Shown here: piece after piece, positions 23,321 through 34,422 of the stretch
Position numbering within the stretch: position 1 is the stretch's first letter
How the letters are laid out: each line of letters opens with the position of its first letter
Origin: Flaccisagitta enflata
Lineage: Eukaryota
Reading direction: 5' to 3'
Length of the DNA stretch: 64,000 nucleotides
Assembly: GCA_965153355.1 (NCBI GenBank)
Contig: OZ231126.1
Coordinates: forward strand, 37,510,001-37,574,000
Position numbers and translations under genes: made by a program
Notes under the pieces: model-generated
The model's input: only the letters and a program-made list of their open reading frames with translations
The model's database searches: none
Told to the model about the DNA's origin: nothing

Positions 23321-25387
23321 CCTCGACTGAAAAAAGTTTGAATCATCGAAAATTGAGTCAAGTTCAGTTTTTTTTTCCGCCTCTTTAAAGCTTATAATTA
23401 GTTATATGTCTAGTGACTGCCACTCTCTAGTTATTACGATTATAATTGAAGATCGTAATTGACGCGTGCTAAGCGTGCTAAGCGGATGTACAAGAGGTTG
23501 AGTACGGCCATACGGGGATAGGTCTGGAGGTCGGAAGATCGGTTTCAATGCACAATTAGGGATGATGACTTGATGAGAAATCGGCTGTTTCACACCCGCA
23601 TACGCGTGTGCAGATATGCACCTACTTTCGAGCATATCACTCGCGCACAACCATACCTCATGTGGATGCGTCAGTGTGCAAAAGGTCTTTTGATCCGATT
23701 ATCATGAGGCAGTACAAGCACATTAATCAAAAGACAGTTCCAATTTTATTCATATTCAATATAATATGAAAAGTTATACATATATTTTAAGTGACTCCAT
23801 TTTGTTGAAATAGAAATATAAAAACTTATTTTGAACATTTTTTTTTCATTATTTTATTTGTAAGAAAAATAATGATTTCAACATTTCTAAAAAAGGTAAA
23901 CATTAATGTATCCAAGTACAAAGTGTTTTTATCCTTGTTATCAATAATTCTGATGCTAAATTAATTGCACAGTAACAAAAGAAATATTGCAATTTCTTTA
24001 CTTTATGATGATGATGATCTGATCCAAAGACATTTTGCAAATTGACACACCCAAATACCTCCTCCGGTATCACACCTGCTATTGCAATTGCACAGTGCGC
24101 AATAAACAGACATGATACAGTTCGGAAATTACAAACGCCTTTCTGTGGTGATTGGGGCCTCTATGGTTTGATGCTGACTACAAAATGTTCCACTTCCAGG
24201 CCAGGAGGAAATGACAAAACAGTTAAAAGTGTCTCTTTTTGTATTAAAAGTATTGCGATCACAGGAGACGTTGCAAAGTGAAAATTTTAGACGAAATAAA
24301 CGTGCAGCGTTAGGGTAGGTCAATATGCGTTTTTGTCTCAGATTGCCATGTAAGTTACGGAGGACATCCGACTTGAAAAATGATGAGTAATGGCAAAAAA
24401 ATCCGCGTTCAAATCCTTGTATGTTCATCGTTCATAACACTTTTCGCTAACAAAAAGCACAATAGTCGCTGTTGGGTTTAATTAGAGTCGCAGCCTGTCA
24501 GTAAATCTTTAAGTAGTTAATAACGATTAACTACCTCACTTAAAGCATATCCACTTTTCTCTTATAACAAAAACATTCGTTTAAGCTAGGAAGTTTCATG
24601 AGCAAATGTTTTCAACGGAACTTCCGTAACCTTAGTTGAGGACTGACTGCATTATGCAAATTAGGGAAAAAGGAGATTCCATTGGATCAGGTCTCGGTGT
24701 TGATGTTCCTTCTCGATAGCGTTCGTCGATTTCTGATCGTAGAGCACCGCTATCCTTTTGTTCAAATGATATGAGGCTTTGTTCATCAGTTCGTCCGTCT
24801 GTTGGTCTGTCGGTCCATCGGTCACACACGAGTGAAAACACGAAGTACACATTCTTTAATATCGCGGGTGTGATACATCGTGTGGGGGGGGGGGTGTTTT
24901 GCTGCTGCCCACCCGTCTGCGATGATAGCGCAACCCTTCGTTATATGTTGACAAGTTTCTGTGAACGGATATGTGCTTTAACTACATTATACAAATTAGG
25001 GGATCAGATGAAACTATTTGTACAAAATATATATGAATTATATTCGTCAACAAATGGGTTGTGACAAAGCATACATACACGCAGCAAGTTAAAAGAAAAC
25101 AAGGCCGGATACACGGCTACCCCAGTCGCGTGCCGGTGGGCAGGGGTCATAATTGAGGTCAGTTGAGCATTTGGGCCGGAGCAGTGAAGCCAAAACCCCC
25201 ATTAACGCCGAAAAAGTAAAGTGTGACGGACGGACGGACGGACAGACCAACGGACCAACGGACGGACCGACGGACCGACGGACGGACCATTGGACGGACC
25301 GACAAAGCGGGGTGTAGAGTCGCGTAACACCTGACTTAAAAAATGTAGAATGAGAAATCCGATGAAGATTAAGTGAAATTTCACAAA

Positions 25388-25546
25388 GGGTGCGTCTGCA
25401 TTCACCATATTATTTGGATATCTTATCTGGATATCAATATCCAGATATTCTACATAGTGAATTTACAGAATTTACTAAATGAAATAACCGGATATTAATA
25501 TTCAAATAGAATATCTGAATAAGCTGATTAATGCGGACACACCTTA
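25388..25546. mobile_element. Small palindromic MITE, possibly PIF/Harbinger-like
   Basis: ggtgcgtctgcatt ... aatgcggacacacc, with a degenerate palindromic interior. Confidence 0.5.
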
Positions 25547-25612
25547 AGACTAGGAGAGTGATTCGAGTTGAATCAATACAGAATTTCCCGTCCAACTAGT
25601 ACCATGCCATTA

Positions 25613-25772
25613 AACAAGGCCGGATACACGGCCATCAGTTGCGGACGGGTGGGCAGGGGCGGAATTGCGCGTTTTCCCACTTTTCGACTCGATGGTTACG
25701 GACCAACGGACGGACGGACGGACGGACGGACGGAGAAAGCCTCTTATAGAGTTGCGTGTCCGCAACTAAAAA
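25613..25772 (-). mobile_element. DINE/HINE-like element, same subfamily as 21116-21315
   Basis: Reverse-complement match to 21116-21315 with a shorter (GGAC)n. Confidence 0.8.
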
Positions 25773-26159
25773 GCGGGAATTTCTCATTGCAAAAATTTCT
25801 GTTATGGATTCGTAACCAAGTGACTTCCGTAATTCACGCGTACTTTCCCAACGGTGAAAACCAAAAATCTTTCTTATGCAATCATTGCGTCTTAGCGTAT
25901 AGTAAGTAGCGTCCTCAAATTGTCAGTTGATACGTCCATTCTTCCTTTTATCAATTTGTCCATAATTCAGAATAACAGATACACGCGTCACAAGTCACAA
26001 GTCACAAGTCACAAGTCATGTGTGGATAGTGATGAAGAAGACTAGATGGGCATTTTGAATAGGGCGGAGGTCCGCTCTTTCGCGAATCGCAAAAAAATCG
26101 AGACCAACCGTCAAACTAAGTGACCGTCTGCTTAGAAGAAAAAGAATAAAAAACTGTAA

Positions 26160-26186
26160 AGAAAGAGAGAAAGAAAGAAAGAAAGT

Positions 26187-26274
<88 letters not shown>

Positions 26275-26275
26275 G

Positions 26276-26325
<50 letters not shown>

Positions 26326-26594
26326 CAAGAACGAAAGCAAGAACAAAAGCAAGAAAGAAAGAACGAAAGAAAGATAGAAAAAAAGAAGGAAAGAAAGACA
26401 GATGGAAAGAAAGAAAGAAAGAAAGACAGACGGAAAGAAAGACAGAAAGAAAGACGGCAAGAAGGACGGGAAGAAAGACGGAAAGAAAGACGGAAAGAAA
26501 GACGGAAAGAAAGACGGAAAGAAAGACGGAAAGAAAGACAGAAGACAGAAAGAAAGAAAGACAGACAGAAAGACAGAAAGACAGAAAGACAGAC

Positions 26595-26677
<83 letters not shown>

Positions 26678-26678
26678 A
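26160..26678. repeat. (GAAA)n / (GAAAGACG)-type compound microsatellite
   Basis: Direct inspection. Confidence 0.95.
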
Positions 26679-27300
26679 ATGAAGTTATGGGAGATAAAAG
26701 AATGAAACGAAAAGAAAAAGAAAAAAAAAGGTAAAGAAGCGGTACGAGGGAAGAAAAGGAAAAAAAATTTAGCACACATGAAGAATAACATTTTATAGAG
26801 GAAAAAAGTCAATCCGCATTCTGAACTAATCGCCAAAGTGAAAAAATTGACTGCTTCACTTTGCTTCTCATTCTGCTTAGCCTCTCTGTACGCGACCGCA
26901 CGTAGACTGCTTAACAGATGACTGCTTAAGTTTGCGTTACATAAAATGGGTATAGAAACTTGCTGTTGGAGATTTTAGAGGGGAAAGTTGTCATACCGAA
27001 CTGGTTAAATCGGAGAGGAGACTCAGTTCAATTTTTTTTCAAGATTTTTTTTTCATTTTGTGAACGATGAAGATACAAGGAGTTGAAGGTCGCGCAAGGT
27101 CTCAATCTTTCACAAATTGCAACTTGAGTGTTTTTGCCAACTTACATGAAGATACATCAAGGTTCACAATATGACCTTCCCTAGTGCAGCGTGTTAACAT
27201 AAGTTTTGGACTTTGGCTTGGGACTATGATTTTCGAATTCCTCGTGATATGTTGGCGAAGTAGTCGATGGTAAGGCGGCACCAAACTGTAAAAGTAACTA

Positions 27301-28560
27301 TGGCAAAGGACCGATGACCTATGATTCCACATAGGACAGTTTTCTCCGGTTCGAAAAGCTAGGTTGGGGGGGGCTGAGAGGCCTGATTTTGGGTCTGAAA
27401 AGAAAGGTCTGATTTAGGGTCTGAGAGGCATGATTTGGGGTATGAAAGGGACTGATATGGGGGCTCAGGGGTCTAATTTGGGGTCTGAAAGGGCCTGGTT
27501 TGGGTTCTGGGAGGCCTGATTTGGGGTCCAACAGGCCTGATATGGATCTATGAGACCTGATTTGGTTCTGAAAGGCCTGATTTGGGGTCTCAGCGGTCTG
27601 ATTTGGGGTCTGAAAGGGCCTGATTTAGGGTCTGAGATGCTTGATTTGGGGTCTTAAATGCTTAATTTGGGGTCTGAGAGGCCTGATTTGGGGTCCGAGA
27701 GGCCTAAATTGGGATCTAAGAGGCCTGATTTAGGGTCTGGAGGGCCTTTTGGGCAGCGGCCCCGAAGGGGACGATGTCCTGTAGAACCCAGGGGGACTTT
27801 TGTTCGTTCATCCGTGCGTGCGTGCGTGCGTGCGTCCCCCCCCCCACTTTGAGACTCAAATCTCAGCCTCAAGGCTCAAATCCCAGCCTTGAGACTCAAA
27901 TCCCAGCCTCAAGGCTCAAGTCCCACCCAGCCTTGAGGCTCAAATCCCAACCTTGAGGCTCAAATCCCAGCCTCAAGGTTCAAATTCTCAGCCTTAAGGC
28001 TCAAATTCCATCCTCCAGACTCAAATCCCAGTCTCAAGGCTCAAATCCCAGCCTGGAGGCTCATCCTGCAGCCTTGGAGGCTCAAACCCAGCCTCCTGAG
28101 GTCAGAAACTCAGCTGAGGTTCAAATCTCAGCCTCGAGGCTCAAATGTCAGCCTGAGGCTCAAAATCCCAGCCTCCGGGCTAAATAAACCTAGCCTCGCT
28201 CGGGAAATTCCAGCCTCGAGGCCTGGGGATCCGCCCCCGCGGCTCAAATCCCAGCTTGATGCCCAAATCTGCACACACGGATGGACGAACGAACGAACAA
28301 CAAACGTCACCTCTGTGTTCTACAGGACATCGTCCCCTTCAGGGCCGTTACCCTGCTACCTATCACCTACCATCATCTACATACCCAGCAGGGCAATGGG
28401 TATCGCTGACCACATATTGCCCTTGGGCGACTGGTTATTAGGAGGCTGGGAGGCTTGTTTTGAGGCTTGGGGGGGTGGGCGTACGGAAAACGGAAACCGG
28501 AGAATATTGCCCTATGTGGAATCATAGGTCATCAGCCCCTCCGGGGCCGCTGCCCAAAAA
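27301..28560. mobile_element. Tandem-array-bearing element (outer) with a related element nested at ~27749-28432
   Basis: Outer inverted repeat gatgacctatgattccacatagg / cctatgtggaatcataggtcatc around a ~21-bp array. Inner inverted repeat gggcagcggcccc..tgtagaac around a ~20-bp gaggctcaaatcccagcct array. Confidence 0.7.
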
Positions 28561-28644
28561 GCACAACGAAATGAGAGGCTATAAACTACAATGAGCGAAA
28601 GATGTTAAAAACATGGTACAGATTGCAACAAAATACAGAGACAG

Positions 28645-29085
28645 TTAAGAACTGGCGATTCGGACTAGAGAGTCAGCCGGGAGATTGATAAACCGTTTTG
28701 TGAAGTTGTTAATGCGTTTGGTAACCAATTTCTCCCACGCTGGGCGACCTAACATATTTTGCAGGTCAGTCACACTCTCTCGATAAGAGTAACCCAATAA
28801 TTTGCGAAAAATGCTATTGTATGCGACTCTTTTTTTACTCGATTGTTTTTTGTCGGCTACGTGACCAACTTCAACTGCATATGACAGCAATGAAACACAG
28901 TGAACTTCTATCAAGCGGAGCATCACAATGTCGTCGGACTTCCCGTTGACTTGGAGAATGGAGTTGAGAGCCCAGTAGAATTTGCTGAGAGTGTCCTCAA
29001 CACAGCATCCAAATCTGCGGCCGTGAACCAGCGTCACTCCCAAGTACTTCCATTTCTCTACCCACTCTATGGGAGCAGAGTTCAA
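28645..29085 (-). pseudogene. Non-LTR retrotransposon (CR1/L2-like LINE) ORF2 C-terminal fragment
   Basis: IEWVEKWKYLGVTL (KYLG motif at the end of the RT domain), followed by typical ...LLSYAVEV...AYNSIFRKLLG. 5'-truncated. Confidence 0.8.
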
Positions 29086-30298
29086 TAAGCCTCCGTAGTC
29101 CGCAAATAAAAGTATCTAAAAGCTGGTTTTCCCACTTTTCAACTTGATGACGCCAGACCGAGGGACTGACCGATTGACGGACGGACAAAGCCTCTTTTAG
29201 AATTGCATGACTGCAACTAAAAAAATGTTACTTGATCACTAGGGCAGGAGCAGTGAGGCCAAAGACCGCAAAAACCAAAAAAAAAGTAAAGTGCGATGGA
29301 CGGACGGACCAACGGACGGACCGACGGACCGACAAAGCGGGGTGTAGAGTCGCGTAGCACGCAACTAAAAAGTTTGACAGACCTGCGGACAGATGGACCA
29401 AGGGACCAAGGGACCAACAGACAAATAGGTTGTAGAGTCGCGTACACGACTTAAAAAGACAAAGAGATTGAATAACTAAAACAGACAGGCAATCAACCAG
29501 ACAGCATGAGATGCACACACAGAAGACCATGCACTGAACAAGGCTGAAAAAGCAAATGGTGACCGACCGACAAACCGACCAACCCAGATAGCAATTAATA
29601 GAGTTGTGTAGCATGCAACAAAAAACAGTCTCCCATTTACAGGTCCGGTCAAAGCTCAAAAAGCTAAAATCTCAGTGCACTGTGTTCCCCAAAATGAAAA
29701 TTTGGGTGCCAACTTAAAAAAATCTTAATTTCCTACTTACAAAGGTTATCCAGAATCTAAAAAAGAGCTAACCGATAATATTTGACGTCCCGGATCCAAT
29801 GGTGACGCCCGCAGGCGTGCAGCCATAACAATCTTAGAGGAAAAAGGTGATTTAAATTGATATTCGATGCACATTGCGCCACAAATAATAAATTCAGGCG
29901 CGAAATCAAAAAATTCAGCATTTTTTAGCCATAAAAAAAACACACCACTGAAAATTTCATAGTTGATAGTTTTTGATATGCCAGTATTGTACTAATAGCA
30001 ATATCCGCAGGTGCGTAGAACCTACGGTTTCTGCGATACAGACAAGCAAAGTCAGATTTAACAATTTCCGAATTAAGGGGACAAAGAGATTGATTATAAA
30101 AGCATTGTTTTGTAGTATTCACTATGCTGAATCCAAATATGTTTTTTTTTTTTTCAATCAAAACTGAAGGGAAGTCGCTAAACAAAATCAATAATTTTTT
30201 TCAAAAAACACTTTTTTTCTCCCAAATTTTTTTCTTTTTGCCTAAAAATTGTTTTTGGAAATTCTGCAAGAATTTTAGCGGAAAATAAAAATTATAAA

Positions 30299-32590
30299 TA
30301 TCTTGACGATATTTTGATTGCTTCAGCCACAAAAGAAGAGCATCTCGAGGACTTGGAGCGTGTCTTCAAGATTTTGGAAGAGAATGGTTTTGTGGTGAAC
30401 AGGAAAAAGTGTATCCTGGGGGCGTCATCAGTCGAATTTATGGGCCATCTCGTCGACGCAAATGGTATCCGTCCACTCCCTGAGAAGGTAGAGGCTATCA
30501 GAAAGACCCGCCCACCCACCTCAATCAAAGAGCTCAGAAGATTTCTAGGGATGGTAAATTATTATCGTCGTTTTGTCAAGGCAGCAGCCCACCATCTCTA
30601 TTACTTGTTTGACGCCTTGAAAGCAAGTCCAAAAAGGCTAAACTGGTCTGAAGATATGCAGACATCTTTTGACTCGATCAAAGATGCATTGGCTAACTCG
30701 ACAATGCTCCACCATCCTGATCCCAATCTCTCACTTGCCATCACAACAGATGCTTCAGATGACGCGATGGGAGCTGCCATTGAGCAGAGAGGCCCTCATG
30801 GATGGGAACCGTTGGCCTTTTGGTCCAAAAAGCTATCAGACACTCAACAAAACTGGTGTCCTTACGACAGAGAGCTTAATGCTGCTCACAAGGCCATACG
30901 ACATTTTAAACACATGGTGGAATGCCGCCCTTTTACTCTTTATACTGACCACCAAAGCTTGGTGCCTTCTATCCACAAGAAAACTGACGCACCAACAGCA
31001 AGGCAAACAAATCAGTTGTCAGAGATAGCCGAATTTACTACTGATATCCGCTATCTAGAGGGTAAAAGTAACTTTGTGGCGGATGCACTCTCAAGGCCAA
31101 ATGGGATCCTCTCCAACAAAGCAGCAGCATCTGTCTCCAACATCTCTTCAGTTGCCAATGACCGTCATGTCTTCTTGCAACATTTGGACATATTGCAAAG
31201 TTCAGCTACAATCTCATCAGTTTGTTTCTGCCATCATTTGAAACCAATCCAAAGTCAACCAACCATCTCCTCAATCTCGCAGCCTTCAAGAACTGCATCC
31301 GCCGCAGATCCTCCAGCCTCTCGTCAACGCAAAGTCACCTTCGCGTCCCCAGTCGCATCCGACAACATTCGAGAGAAGCAGAGAAAAATGTTTGCGGATA
31401 TAAAAAAAGAATTGGCTGATTTCGATGTCTATTTCAATGAGGATCCTTCAACAAGCTTCTCAAGTGCCTCGTCGACGCCAGCAGCATCCCAGCCTCTCAA
31501 AAATCAGCATGTCACTGCAGCAACAACTGATGCACACGATGCCACGGTAAAAAGGAGCCATTTCAAAGAGTTTAGGCCAGCCAAATTCGAGTTGTCCCTC
31601 AAAACACTCGAAAACGCCTTCAACTGAAGCACTTGACGAGGCGCTGTAGCCCAACCACTTGGAGAAGGGCCCCAAGACTAAGCAGGCGTCTACATCAACT
31701 AAAGGGCTAACAAATGCGACCATCCGCGACCCTCTAGCCCCTCCCGTTCTCGAGCAGTGCCTCGACAAAACCGAAAATGTCACCAAAACGCCCAAATCTG
31801 AACCGCACAGTGGATCACAACAGGGAAAAATGGTGAATAAACCTATCTCCGGCTCTCAGAAGAGTTCGGAGGATTCTAAAGAAGATCAATTTTATAGATC
31901 TCGACCTGCTGAATCTGCCTATGCTATTTTGGAGAACGTCGCTCCAACCGTTTCGAAGATACAGAGCGTTAAAGCAAAAAATCTTCAGCACAGCACGCCG
32001 AAAACCGGATTTTTAAGTATGAATTCAGAAAAACCTCAATTTTTCCGCGACAAAGGATGCCTGAGCACTGAAAATTCTCAATTTGACAGTTTGTGCCGCG
32101 CCAAAGTCAATGGCGAGGTCCCCAAGCATGAGAAATTTACCGTTTCGGAGATAAAGACTGATGAAGTTGCAAATAAAAAAAATTCCGAATTTCAAACAGA
32201 AAAACTTAGATTTCTCGGTGACAAAGAATGTCGGAGCTCTGAAAAATTGCATGTCAACAGTTTATGCCGTGCCAAATCCAACAGTAATGTCCGTGTCTAC
32301 GAGAAATCTACCGTTTCAGCGCCAGAGACCGGCAAAGTTCCAAACCCAAAAATTTCTGAACTTCTAGCCGTAAATAACGCAGTTGACCATTATGATATTG
32401 ATATGGAAGAATTGGCACACCAACAGGCACTTGATCCAGATTTTAGGCAACTTTTTAAACAACGCCAGAATTGGTTTACAGTTCAGGAAAATCCCACTCG
32501 GTGATTCATACATCTACGTCGATGTCTCAAACGGTCCCACTAGACCATTTGTTCCGCTCAATTTTTTAAGGAAGATATTTAACATCATTG
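30299..32590 (+). pseudogene. Ty3/Gypsy pol fragment: RT C-half, RNase H, long spacer and start of the integrase region; frameshifted, no LTRs
   Basis: YLDDILIAS at 30299, FMGHLV, LRRFLGMVNYYRRFV, TTDAS, PLAFWSKKL, YDREL, FTLYTDH, NFVADALSR. Later ELAHQQALDPDF and RPFVP. Confidence 0.92.
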
Positions 32591-33000
32591 AAAATTTTAG
32601 CGAGAAGAAATTTTAACGAGGAAAAGTTTTAATAAAAAAAAATTTTAACAATAAACAATTTTAACAAGAAAAATTTAACAAAAAAAAATTTTAGCAAAAA
32701 AATTTTAGCAAAAAAAAATTTCAGTAAAAAAATTTTAGCAAAAAAAAATTAAAAAAGAAATTCTTATGACAAAGATTTTAGCAAGAAAAATTTCAACAAA
32801 AAAAAATTTTAGCGAAAAAATTTTAATAAGAAAAAATTTTAGCGAGAAAAAATTTTAGCAAAAACATTTTAGCGGAAAAAATTTTAGCGAGAAAAAATTT
32901 TGGCAAAAAAAATTTTGCAAAAAAAATTTAGTTATAAGACTATAGCAAGAAAATTTTAGCGAAAAACATCATTTTGGCGAAAAATTTAAAGAAAAAAAAT
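32590..33000. repeat. A-rich degenerate tandem array (aaaattttagc[ga]aaaa)
   Basis: About 20 degenerate units. One unit also sits at ~30270-30292, on the other side of the Gypsy fragment. Confidence 0.85.
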
Positions 33001-33837
33001 TTTTGAAGAAGCTAAAATAAAGTCAATAAAAAGAATTTTGACAATCTATACTGCAAAACGCGCAGGTCGTCAAACCATCTGGCAGCCGGCACATCGTCAT
33101 GAGTCATTCAAATTCTGATTGTCTAAAATCCCACTGATCGGGCATCGCTGCTTGCTCATGACGACGCTTATAATTTGATTCGCTTTAAATCCTTGTTAAA
33201 AGCTTATCTGCTCAAAAGCGTTGCGCTAACGATTTGAGGTTTTAACCAACTTCCCAATCTGGCGCACTCAGTTGAATAGCTTAAAGCTTTCTTCTCTGTT
33301 TGTTGACTAGTTTTTCTTATAACTAAGGCAAAAAAAAAAAAAACCAAACAGTACTTTGAGAGACAGCAGGAAGATGTTCACTATTTGCTAAAATTTACAG
33401 TGAATGATAACCATGATATGGACTATGTCTGGTTAAAATTTCATCAAAATCCATTGAAATCTTTAGCCGTTATCACGTTTTTACTGAAGTCACTTCTTTT
33501 TTGGACTGCCAGAGATGACGTTTATCCTAAATCAAAATATTACCATTTTTAGGGGGAATACAGTGAAATCCGATACAAATGGATTTAAAGAGGATTTCAA
33601 CATGGATTTAGCTCAAACTACTTATAACACCAACCACTCAAATGACAACAAGGCTGATCCACGGTTACCCCAGTCGCGCGGTGCGTTTTTTTCGCTTTTG
33701 CGCCACTTGATCATTTAGCGAGGCGAGTGCCAAAGACCGCAAACCTCAAAAAGCAGCCAGAATTCCGACCAATTGACCGATGGACCAACGGACGGACTGA
33801 CAAAGAGGGTGTGAGAGTCGTTAATAAGACTGAAAAA

Positions 33838-34422
33838 AAGATGCTCACACATAGGGGAAATTTCCTCCTTCTCTCCGTCCCCCCCTTGAGGCCCAAATCC
33901 TAGTCTCGACTCTCGAGGCCCAAATCCTAGCCTCAAGGCTCAAATCCCAGCCTCGAAGCTCAAATCCCAGCCTCAAGGCTCAAATCCCAGCCTTGAGGCT
34001 CAAAGCATAGCCTCAAACCTCAAATCCCAGCCTCGAGGCCCAAATCCTAGCCTCCAGGCTCAAATCCCAGCCTCGAAGCTCAAATCCCAGCCTCGAGGCT
34101 CACTCCCAGTCTTGAGGCTTAAATCTCGGCCTCATGCCTCAAAACCCAGCCTCGAGGCTCAAATCCCAGCCTTGAGGCTCAAATTCCAGCCTTGAGGCTC
34201 AAATCCCAGCCTTGAGGCTCAAATCCCAGCCTTGAGGCTCAAATCCCAGCCTCCAGGCCCCAATTCCAGCCTCCAGGCCCTAATTCCTGCCTTGAAGCTC
34301 AAATAAAAACAGCATAGGTCATCGGCCCCTTCGGGGCCGCTGCCCCTCTAACCACCTCACACCCAGATACACTCACATAGGGGCAACGGGTACTATTGAC
34401 GATCTAACGCTTTTGCGACTAT
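33838..34422 (+). mobile_element. Tandem-array-bearing HINE-like element (20-bp gaggctcaaatcccagcctc array)
   Basis: Same array and the same 3' block (cataggtcatcggccccttcggggccgctgccc...gggcaacggg) as the 27.3-28.5 kb elements. Confidence 0.7.

Noticed and set aside
24042-24428. Short ORFs as a gene fragment
   Set aside because: No recognisable motif or consistent splice pattern.
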